Assembly: GCF_037042905.1 (NCBI RefSeq)
Contig: NC_087251.1
Coordinates: 45,014,001 to 45,078,000, forward strand
Length of the DNA stretch: 64,000 nt
From: Lytechinus pictus
Lineage: Eukaryota
Direction: 5' to 3'
In this document: piece by piece, positions 50,201 through 62,200 of the stretch
Layout of the letters: each line of letters opens with the position of its first letter
Position numbering within the stretch: position 1 is the first letter of the stretch
Position numbers and translations under genes: made by a program
Notes under the pieces: model-generated
Database searches by the model: none
What the model saw: only the letters and a program-made list of their open reading frames with translations
What the model was told of the DNA's origin: nothing

Positions 50201-53200
50201 TAATAATAGTGGTGGCGGCGGTAGAAGTAGTAGTAGTAGTAGTGGTAGCACTGGTAGTAGTAGTAGAAGTAGTAGTAGTAGCAGCAGTAGTAGCAGAAGT
50301 AGTAGTAATAGTAGTAGAAGTAGTAGTAGTATTAATAATAGTGGTGGTGGCGGTAGTAGTGTATTAAAAGTAGTAGTAGTAGTAGTAGTTGTAGTTGTAG
50401 TTGTAGTAGTAGTAGTACTATAGTAATAGATAGTAATAGGTAGTTGTTGTAGGGATGCACAGACCAAATTTGAAATAATGATAATAATACATACAATTTG
50501 TAACGCACACATTTCATCTAAATTAGATGCTCGAGGCATCCCAGAGCAAATTAGAGAAAGAAAATGAAAGGTTTGAATTTTAAAACTAGAATTCATAAAC
50601 ACATAAATAAAGATGAAAATGTTCTTAGATTTAACTACATGTCAATGTTTGATCAATGCCTGATACTCACAATATATAAGGTGTGTGCATCCTCTGCATC
50701 CCCCCCTGAATCCGTTACCAATATTTATAAAGGCTATTATTATGGTTAATAGGATAACTCTTCAAAGAATTTAAATTAGTACTGCTTTACTGTCATATTC
50801 CATAAGTACTCTTCAAACAGGTGCATACTTGTTATTTTTCAAAGATTTGGATATCATCCAGAGTATTTGAGATATGATATGATACCGCGAAATTAATGAT
50901 ACTTCCGTTTGAATGAGATTGTTTTCCCTGGTCGGTAACAATGCCAGCATGAATTATTAAATGTCATATCTTGTTTCAACTACTTGAAGAAGTATACAAA
51001 TTGTAAACAAATACTATTTGAAAGTCAATACTGAAATTAAAAAAATTTGAGTATTGAATTACTGAAGTATGAAAGTGCAGGGCATTCATGGATGTATTAT
51101 ATGGATATACGTACATGTACTAAATGAGTTTGTAAAGAACATAATCATGATTATGTGACATGAATCTGTATTGATTCCAATCATTGATGCATTAATTGAG
51201 TTTGTGACGAGCATGATCATAATATTGTGACATGGATCCTAAGCATATGATTGGCTGAAATCGATCATGTGACCCATAATTCATATTAGCTAACAGGGCA
51301 AATTTGCTAATGGCTGATACTAATGACCAGTTCTACTGACCAGTGATAGTTTTCAGATTGTGAGGATCAACATCACAACCTCATAAAATATATAAATAAT
51401 AAATTTAAAAATAATATAGGATTTGTATAGCGCACATATCCACCTTGCTAGGTGCTCAAGGTGCTCTTATATTACCCCCCCCCCCCTCCCCTAAGCTGGT
51501 CTACCAATTCCGGTGCTCACAGTTTTTTTGAGGAACTACTTCCTGCCAGTACCCATTTTCCTCACCTGGGATGAGTGCAGCACAATGTGAGTAAATTTCT
51601 TGCTGAAGGAAAACACGCCATGGCTGGTAATCGAACCCACGTTGCTCACTAGACTATGACGCCCCCATATAATACATATCATTTTGCAGGGGGTTTAGAA
51701 CAATCATTCATACTACCCTTGAAGCAGTCCAAACTGTTGAAACTGTTCCTAAGTTACCTGATTTGTTTAATTCTTACTAATGCCTGATGATGTGCATTGT
51801 TTGTATACCAAGTAATGGGGGTGGGTTCTGTAGAATTCTGTTATGTTTTGCATAAACAAATATTACATCAAATACAAAATATATAACAATACTTACTTGT
51901 AATATATGGCTTCCAAGATGGTGTTCATACACTTCTCTTGCAATGGCGTTGGTTCCTGACTGGACATGTGGGTAACGCCCTACAAGAAACAGAATACAAT
52001 ATTAATATTTATCTTCCTACAGTTTTAAAAATGAAGGGGGAGGAACAATTCATTGGGAAAAGAGATTATTAAATAGGCAAATCTTTGCATCCCTTTTTTA
52101 ATACTGTAGTTTGCATCTTATTGGCTGAACTCTAAGCATCAAAACTTGTGATTTTTTCTAAGAATTGGATGTGCTGAAATAGACTGGTAGAGGTGTGAAA
52201 GGGTGGACATGTATCCACACATAGATGTCTCTTAACACAATAGTCTTGACATTTTTCATCCTAATGGTCATTGGAGTTTCCAGTAGTCACTGATCTTTAG
52301 TAGATGTAGAAACACTATGGAAGTGGGACAAAATTTGGTGTATTTATTTTGATGTATCTACCCCCTCTTGGGCATTCGGCCGTCCGGTTGCTTGCATTCT
52401 CCTTCTGTTCTATTCTTCACTTTCAAATGTCTGCCTTACTTACACATCATACTCACACACGCTGTCGCCACTACTTCTACAATGGACAGCTGATGACATA
52501 GCTTTTCGGGTACAATAAATTCAAGATTCATGCTTTCTGAGCAATCAGGTACAAAATCACCACCTTAACCATAACCATCAGAACACGATTGTCTTCTCCT
52601 ATTACTATATAAACAATCCCCTTCCTCCTGCTACCCATCTCAACATCCATCTCCCTCCTGTCTTACCTTGCAATACCGACAGATGCCTGGAAGAATTGGT
52701 AGGTGTCGAGATATTCTCTGGGTAGTTGTGCCAAGGCGGATCCCCCTGGAGGCAGAAGTGCCTCATGTGAAGATACCCGATGGTCAGCCGGATGATGGAG
52801 GCCTTGTCCAGCTGGCTGGTGATGGCCGCCGGAAGCGGGAGAAGCTTGGCCAGCTCGTAGAACTCGTAGTTCTCCTTGCCGCGCCTGGACCGGGCCGCAT
52901 CCCGAGATCGTTCTTTTCGGATGGCAGCGATCCTGCATCGCAGAGGAGAATGGAAACAAAAGACTGAATGTGAAAGACTGTTTTTCCAATATATCATTTA
53001 ATGTGACTTTTAATAACATCAGGGATTTTTCACACGATTCAAGAACAGAGAAATGCCCATCGTAGAAAACAGCAAAGAAGTCTCTGCTAAAAATTGGTAA
53101 ATAAAAACAGCAATTTAGTCCTTGATTCTAAACAAAACACAAATTTTCAATTTTTTTGTCGGTTTCGAAACTTAGGACAAAACTGTGTTCCGGTTGACCA

Positions 53201-56200
53201 ATTTTCGACAAAGAACTCCCAGCTATTCTTTGTTATTTGACAGACAATTTCATTACATTTACTGTGTTCTTGATCTTCCGTATGTCGCTGAGTGGAAACT
53301 CCCTAGAATCACTACTGCACCATCATTAGCATCAATCTACCATAAATATTCTCTAAAATCTTTCTTTACAGCAAAAAAAAAGAATTACACCAACAAATAT
53401 GATATGTGATAAAGGAGTTGTGTCTTATTAATCATTGAGCGCATGAATTTGGGATCCTCAAGACTCATAGAGCCTTATGAAATTTCAACTTTACTATTTA
53501 TTGCTACGAACTTTGTTTTACATGCATCACAGCATGGATCAAGGAAATGTCTTCTTAATGTCATTGCAATTGTGTTGTCGGAGGTAAAGCAAAAACGAAG
53601 AACCATCATCTAGAATAAACATTCCAAAAATCATCTAATGAAAGTAATGACTAAATGTCTCTTGAAATATGTTTTGAAAAGCATCCCCTTTTAACCTGAA
53701 TTTAATAACAAGTAAAAACTGAACTGTCTAAAAATATTACACGTCAGGTATCACTTCAAACTGTATATATATGACCGCAACAACGTAACATCAAGAATTC
53801 TTGATCATAATTGAGTTACAAGGTTGTACGATGAATATTCTGAAATTTGGGATGAATACTTGAAGCTGGTTAAATTCATATATGCTGATTATCGACAAAT
53901 TAAAATTTCATGCGCTAAAGAGATACAAAATCTGACCCCGCGGTTGAAGAAGTCCCCTGCGTAAGCCGGATACCAAGTCAGAAGCTACTTCATTTAGAAT
54001 GCATTTAGGAGAACTGTTCCCAGTGGGTCGGCCATTCGCTCTGTCTTTTCATGGATGATAGTAACCAAGGAAGAAGGGGATGCGGAGTTTGGGACTCGCC
54101 GAGCGAGGAAACAGTTAAGAGGACATGGGAGACACCTTAGAACTGCTCTCATAATGATCCCAGGCGTCCTCCACTGTTTTAACCCCCAAAAGGTCTTCCC
54201 TTGGTTGGGAGTCTGTCCTTTGCATCAAAGAATCTTTTATCTTGTAACTCATAATCATTTATCGCTTTCCCCCTACCAGTATCTGTTTCTCTTCAAACTT
54301 TTCTTTCTCTATCTCCTTTCATTTCTCATCTGATTCTCTTTCTTCCTTTCTCTAAATCCCAATAATATTTTTTTCTTTTCATCTGTATTTCACATATAAT
54401 CCAGAGTGAGAAAATTTTGAAAAGACTAAAACAAGACAATACTCAAAAGGAGGCAAACACATAACTGTACAGTATATTTCAATTCATCCTGGTTGGAAAA
54501 TCTGAGGAGAGCTGAAAGTGAAAACTAACATTCAGTAATAAAGTGTAAAGACAGCTTTCAATGTTTCATATCAAAATGATATATATATACGATATATCTT
54601 TTCTATTCCTATGAAGAATATACTTTCCTGTATCTTGTCTTTGTTTCTGTATTCATATTACTCGATTTCCTTTTCTCTCTTTAACTTTTTTCTTAATTCT
54701 GTAGCTATATGTATCTCTTTTCCTTTTACAGATGCTTTCATTCCTTCTCTATCACTCTCTTTCTTTCTTTATTTTTTTCTCTATCATATAGCTTTGTATA
54801 TATTTTGATAATAAAGATACTCTTATTATATATCATTCGCTTACTCTACCCTTCTCCTTTTATGTTTTTAATACATATTTGCCTTTTACCATTTACAGAT
54901 GCTCTCATTTCTTATCTATCACTCTCTTTTTCTTTCTCTCTTTATATTCCTCTGTTTCTCTCTGTCTGTTTGTCTCTTTGTGTGTGTGTGTCTCTCTATC
55001 TCACCCCTTAATCTCTCCCCTCTCTAACTAAATATATATCTCTCTCCCCCTCCTCTGTCTATCTATCTCTCTCTAACTATATCTTTCTGCCCCCCCCCCC
55101 ACTTTCTGTTTCCCCCTCTCTCTCTCTCTCTCTCTCTATTGTTCTCTCACCCTCTCTCTCTCCCTTAACTCCCATCCTCACCCCCACCTCCACTCCTCTC
55201 ACCCCTCTTGACTCTTCAACTGCTTGAGATTGCATTAATGCGTGCTTCAATGACTGGTCTTCAGAGTCTACCGGTAGTCGTCGGACGATGACAACACCAC
55301 ATCATCACAAATTCACTCGTAAAGAGAACTCTAAAACACGTCTTTTCAGCCAGCAATTTCATGACTTCTAAATTATTGTAATAATTTTCTATATTCATGT
55401 GTGTTGTCTTGTATGAGAAAAAAAATTGTTACTAAAATTACATTTTTCACAAATCAATTTGCCGGTAGTAGAACGATGACATCACCACATCATCACAAAT
55501 TTTTTCTTAAAAAGAGAAGTCTAAAATATGTCTTTTCAGCCAGCAATTACTACGAGTGTTCTCAATGTCAATTTTCAAATGTAAACAGCAACATGTATCA
55601 TGATTAAAAATGATAATACAAAATGCAGATATAATGAGAAACGTAAGGTGAGTTTAATGTCCATATTTCCCAGTTGTAAATGTTAATGTCTTTCAGATCT
55701 TGATTCGAAAGAAAATTTAAATGCCCCAAAAAGTCAGTGCATTTTGAAAGACAATTAGCATCGCAATGCAACAAAATGTGACACTGAACACAATTTGAGT
55801 TTTTGAATGTCTTTAAATGCGCTCTCATAGCTTTCACAAGCGATGGGTCAATCTGGTCTGATGAGGGCAGGGAACAAGGGCCGCAGAAGCGGGGGGCTTC
55901 AGCCCCCAACTTTTTTCCAAAACCGTGTACAAAAATGTAAAATGACCATATGATTGTGATTTTTTGCGCGGTCAGCCCCCCCCCCCCCCCCATTTTTGGC
56001 TCAGCCCCCCCACTTTGAAAACCGTTCTGTGGCCCCTGGTGAATTTAAAAACAATCAACATATGGTTACTTTTTAATTTTCGAGCATGAATGGTGCCAAA
56101 TAACATCATCACAATTTGACTGACTCATAAAAGAGAAGTCTTAAGTACGTTATTTCAGCTAGCAATTCTTTGATTGATGAATAAAAGCAATTATTATTGT

Positions 56201-59200
56201 ATATACATATTTTGTTGTATGATAAGAGAATAGGATACCAACATGACACAGTGAAATTACATTTTTCAACAAAATCAATCAAACGTTACTAGGATGAAGA
56301 AAACATCAGATTAACACAAATTTACTAATAAAGAGAAGTCTTAAATTACATATTTTCATCAAGCAATTTCTTGATTTCTAAATCATAATAATATTCCTTA
56401 CTCAAATTATTTTTTTTGCATGATAACAGAATAGCATTTTGAATGTCAACATTAGCAATCCCATGCATTTCAATTGAGAAAGGCATCTATTGGAGGCATT
56501 CACCTCTGATTCAAATCACCACGCATTTAACTCAAACTCAACCCAAAATTACCTGGATAAAATTTGCATGATGAATGGATTAAGAAAAACAAAGAAATAA
56601 GCATTATTTTGTCAATTTCTCTTGAAAAAAATAAGTAATCTCTCTAAGATCTATATTCTGCTAAAATACCAAACCAATATTCAATTCCATCTTGATGATT
56701 AACAACATAAAGGATGCAACTGGGAAAGGAAAGGAGACCATTTTACAACATGGAGATTTTGAAGTAATGCATTACCGAAAGATTTTCTGCTTCATGGAAA
56801 TCCACTGGTATTGATGAACGGTGTGCTAATGATCCTATATCCTTTCATTTCCTCATAGTTTAAAAATGTTCCTTAAAGTTTGAAATGCACAAGATTAATT
56901 TTTATAACTTGAAATATTTGCGAGTTTCTTTTAATCTCACTGTTCATGTCTCAAGGGACAAGACTGTGTATATTACTTTGCTCAATTTAGCCTTATTTGT
57001 TTTTTGAAGTTCTTTTGGTCTTGATAGTTACCTCTGCAATTTCATAAGATATACAGGTGAACCCAAGCTGATCTTTGTCTGTGCCTTACTTCACAGACAA
57101 ACACATAAAGAAATATAGACCAATTACAAGTAAATGGCCCTTCTATTTCTATTCTATTTAGACAATGGACTGAGAAATTGAAATATGTTTGATGTTCCAG
57201 GTTCTTAATCCATGTTTTGACAAATTTATGCAGATATTAACCTTAGCCTTTTTTCTAGTCTAGGAGGGGATTATTAATCGAATTTCCTACTCAATGAATA
57301 AACTCATTTTGGGCAGGACTTTCTTGTTGCAAGCCCAAATTTGTTTGAATATTTATGTGCTTTATGTTCCTTGCTCTTGAAAAAAACCCATCTAATTGTA
57401 TGTTTGAAAAATGCCGATGCATCAGGGAGGGCTGCGCTAAAGGGTCCAAAGACGAAGCAACGTCGATATAAGACGTTGAGCTATACATCCATGCATACCG
57501 TTAGTGAAGAAAGAAATAAGAGAAGAAAAGTGCTGTGGTTGGATTCTAACCCACTCCCAATTCATTGCCGGGATAAAACACTTAATTTGGAAGATTTGAC
57601 AAGAAATGTCACTTGTTCTTTTTCCCGACTGCATCGGTCTTCCGCCTGCAGGTATCAACTGCACTTTCAGCACCAGTAATTCTTCCCCTACCCCGGGGTT
57701 TCGCTACCCCCTAGCTTCTTCTATAGTGTCCTCAAAGATGCGATTCCCAAGCCTGCCATTCAAAAGAATTAAGTACAATTGCTGACTCACGGAGATGAGA
57801 ACGGACATAGATAGACGGGGAAAAATAAGGATACAAGACTTTGATAGGGTGCGTATTTGAGTAATAAACCTTGATAAATTGCCTAAGGACACTTTCTAGC
57901 ATCAATGTCTTCATCACTCTCTCTCTCTCCCCCTCTGTTTTGTCTTTTGGAGTACATCTTTATTGAATTATATACATGCTTTCCATTCTCTTCTTGACCC
58001 TCTCTTGAGTTTAATTCCCTCTACATGTTTTTTTTCTTTTCATTTCTTTCTTTACTTCTACACAAAAAATTATCGTTTGTTTCACATTTTTGTGCACTTT
58101 TTGGATGATCAGACATATTACAATGTTACATTTCTCATTGGGGCAAGCCATGTTTTCACAAGAAATGAATATACATGTATTTCATTTTCATTTTATTGGT
58201 TCATACTCTACTCCTGTATACATTACATTTGCATGTTCTTTTGGGATGAACATGACTCCCCTCCTATTTCAACTTCATTCTTCTTCTTTAACACCCCCTC
58301 CCCCCCTCCATGATTAGATTCGTCTCATTTTGCATCTCACTTGCACATTGCGATAAATTACATTTGAAGTACTAATCTTTTTCGGTCCCCAGTCCTCTTA
58401 ACATGCCACTTTAATTTTCATTGAACAAAATAGCAGAGTTTCTTTTTGATCTTTGAGATAATATGAAAAATCCTAGCTCAGGTGTGAACGAGAGGAAATT
58501 AATCCACAGACAAAATGCAATGCATATTGTTGTTTTCCAAAGCCTGTATTGCTAGTATTAAATATAAAATGAATACGACTGTATTATAATAAGTACGACT
58601 GCATGAAACCGTGTCGGTGGCAAGCGAAGGGTTTTAACAAAATAGTTTTCACAACCTACTGTTACGCAACGTACGTTTTACTCTCATTCTGGGATTGCCC
58701 TTGATAAGCATCTTTGACTTAGACAATTCCTCCATATTCAGGTGACATATATGTTTTGTTTCTTTGGTTGTTCTTTGTAATTTTTGTAGTTTTCGATATT
58801 GTTATCTTTTGTAATTTTTAATCAACTCTTGTATGTATTATTTATCATGTTTTTTATACTGTTTGATTTGAATATGGAAATAAATGAATTGAATAGAATT
58901 TTTATTCTCTCATTCTCTATATGTTTGAGAACAACCTAACCACATCCTGAGAGGGGGGGGGTCATATTCATATCTCCCCTTCTCTTTGTCTTTCTGTCTA
59001 TGAGTCTGTGTCTCTCATTGTCACTACTTTTCATTCCCTCTGACTTATACCCCTTGTTACCCCCCCCCCCCCCCATAGGATTACAGTCATCCACCCATCC
59101 CTCTGCATTCATCAAACTCAAAACTCAAACTTTTTACTAACAAAATTGGGATTATAATATAAATTTATAACTTTCTTTAAATGATCCCCCGCATTTACAT

Positions 59201-62200
59201 ATGCTGTTTCTCTTCTCGTCTGTTTGTAAAAAAAGTATTTAGATTTCAGTACATTGTTTAATGTATTTTTGGCATTGGAACATTTATATGTATATAAATA
59301 TATATTGTACTATATTCTGTAATGCCATTTATGCACTGTTTTGTATTGTTCTTTTTATGAAATATATAAATAAATACTATATCCTCTGTGATCATACAAT
59401 GACATTCTCCACCCCTCTCCTCTACCACAACCCCATCCCACCTCCTTCCCTCCATTTACATTAGGATCATTGTCTTCATAGAGTAACACATTTTCTCCAT
59501 CTGCCTCCCCCTTTCCCCGCCCTATTGCCTTCCCCCATTATCAGCACCCCACCCCTTTATCTCTTGTAGATGAATTGTTATTGACTAATAATCTTTCATC
59601 CACCACACCCCTCTGCCTTCTCCTGCCTCCTTTCCTCTATCTCTGGACGATGTTTGTTGTGATCATAGAGAAGATTCATCCACCCCACCACCCCCTCTGT
59701 CTTTCTGGCCCCACCCCTCTTTATTTTGATAATCTACCATTGCCCTTGCCTTCCCCTGCCCCATCACTCTATCTGCTTCCCCACCCTCTATCTCTCGACT
59801 AGATTCATTGTGATCATATAGTAACATTCCTCCACCCCTTCCCCCACCCCTCTCCTCCCCCATCCTTCTATCTCTTGACTAAATTCAAATTCAAATTTCA
59901 AATTAAAAAGTTTATTGATATAAAATCCTGAAATTGAAGGATCATCATCAAAACAAACGTAAGAAAAAAAAATTAATATAACATAAACATACCAGAACAC
60001 GCTGGTCGAAACGTCGTTAACAGTTCTTTTCTGAGCTAACATACAATCAAGAAAGTATAACAAATTGTCCTTTTCAGGATTACAAACATGGCGTTTACCG
60101 TAAAACTTTAATTCAACATAACATAGTGACAACGATTAGGCAAAATCATGGGATTCAAATTTTTAAATTCATTGTGATCATATCTTACTCTACCCCTCCC
60201 CTCTTCTAACAACACCAACCCACCCTCTACCTCTCGACTACATTCATTGTGATCATAGAGTAACATCCCTCATGCCCCTTCCATCCTATCCCTCTTGATC
60301 ACAGAGTATTACATTGCTCCATCCCACCCCTCTGGCTTCCCCTACCCCCCCCCCCCCACCATCACTCTACCTCTCAAACTACATTCTCATAGAGTAACAT
60401 TGCACCGCCCCTCCCCTACCCCCCACCACCTCCACCCCTCATTGAGATCACAGAGTAACAATCATCTAAACCACCCCTCTGCCTTAACCTGCCCCATCCC
60501 TTCTTAGCCCCCCCCCCCCACCTCTCCCTCAATCTCTCGACTCCGTTCATTGTGATCATAGAGTAGCATTTCTCCACCCCTCTCCTGCCCCTTCCATCCT
60601 ATCCTTCTTGATCACACAGTATTACATTGCTCCCTACCCCCCCCCCCAACCATCACTATACCTCTCAACTACATTCTCATAGAGTAACATTGCACCGCCC
60701 CTCCCCTACCCCCCACCACCTCCACCCCTCATCGAGATCACAGAGTAACAATCATCTATACCACCCCTCTGCCTTTCCCTGCCCCATCCCTTCTTAGCCC
60801 CCCCCCCCCACCTCTCCCTCCATCTCTCGACTCCGTTCATAGTGATCATATAGTAGCATTCCTCCACCTGGTATGCCTTGATTTGACATGATGAAGCTGA
60901 TAAACCCTTGATTGCTGACTCACAAATATGATTTTACAACATATTTCCTCTCCGCAGATTGCGGATCCTCTCGGTAACATACTTTCAGCAAGAAGGGCAG
61001 TTTAGAACATATCATTTCGACTTATATCGGTTAAAGGAATGTGATATAGAATGACAGGTTGAGGAAGACAGGAGAAGAGACAGGCAGAAATATATATATT
61101 TTAAAATAAAAATAAAGTATTTGTCTTTGGTAAGGTAGGCAGTGGTGATTGATCTTGAAGCAAGGTGGAGAAGTGCCGCATATCACGTTTTCAGATATTA
61201 TCAGTACATCTTCTTGAAGTGCAATATTAGCTAAAATTTAAATTTGATACATCACAACATACATTTGAAATACCCAAATATTGAATATGGTGTACTTTTC
61301 TCATTGTTATTTGTTCAATGCAAAGACCTTTCCATACTTAGCAATACACCATAACAAATGATGAAATGAAATTACATATAAAAGCATCCTTCGTATAAAA
61401 CAATGTCTCGATGTTTCAAAGCACTAAAAACAGTCTATGTATAATTTTCTGACCCTTATCCTTAGCTCACATGGCCAACAGACACCAATGAACTCTGAAT
61501 TCTTTCAAACAGGTACCTAACATCTGGGTCTGAGCCCTCTTTCACAAAATGTATTTATCATCTAATCTAAACATGAATTATCAATTTTATTCATCCTTAT
61601 GAAATATGACCCTGTGTAGAGAGCAGTATATGTAAATGACATTATGCCAAATGAAAAGGTGTTTTATTCTTAAATACATATGCATATATTATACTGAAGT
61701 ATGATATTACGCACTATACATGTTCATCTGGTATAATCCTGAAAAATCATGTTTTTGTATACAGCACTATAAAACTCGTTACAATCATTTACGAGTTTCC
61801 TGATTACTATATCCTAATCTTCATTTTGTCAGGCAAACTAATGCATTTCCATGCCAAGACAATTCTATTGCCAATGGGTATTATGTTCCATTACAAACAT
61901 TAATCTAAATGCAAATGGGAGTTCATTGAGAAAAAAATATCAACATTAATATGCAAATTGGATAGATGAATTTGGTGACTCATATAATACTCGATCCTAT
62001 TTAGTTCCCTACAGGGCAGTATATATACATACAGGGGCAGAAAGGGGCCATATGGTTTCTAAAGTTTATCAGTGAAAAAAAGGAAAAAGTAGAAGAAAAA
62101 GAAGGGAAATAATGAAGAGAGAAGGGTAACAAAACCAGAGGACTGGATTGTGCCAAATAACTCAAAGGTATTCAACTAAAAACAAAACTAAATTATGTCA

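Noticed and set aside
49966..50602. Poly-Val and poly-Leu/Thr ORFs (133 and 170 aa)
   Set aside because: Translations of a (GTA)n microsatellite.
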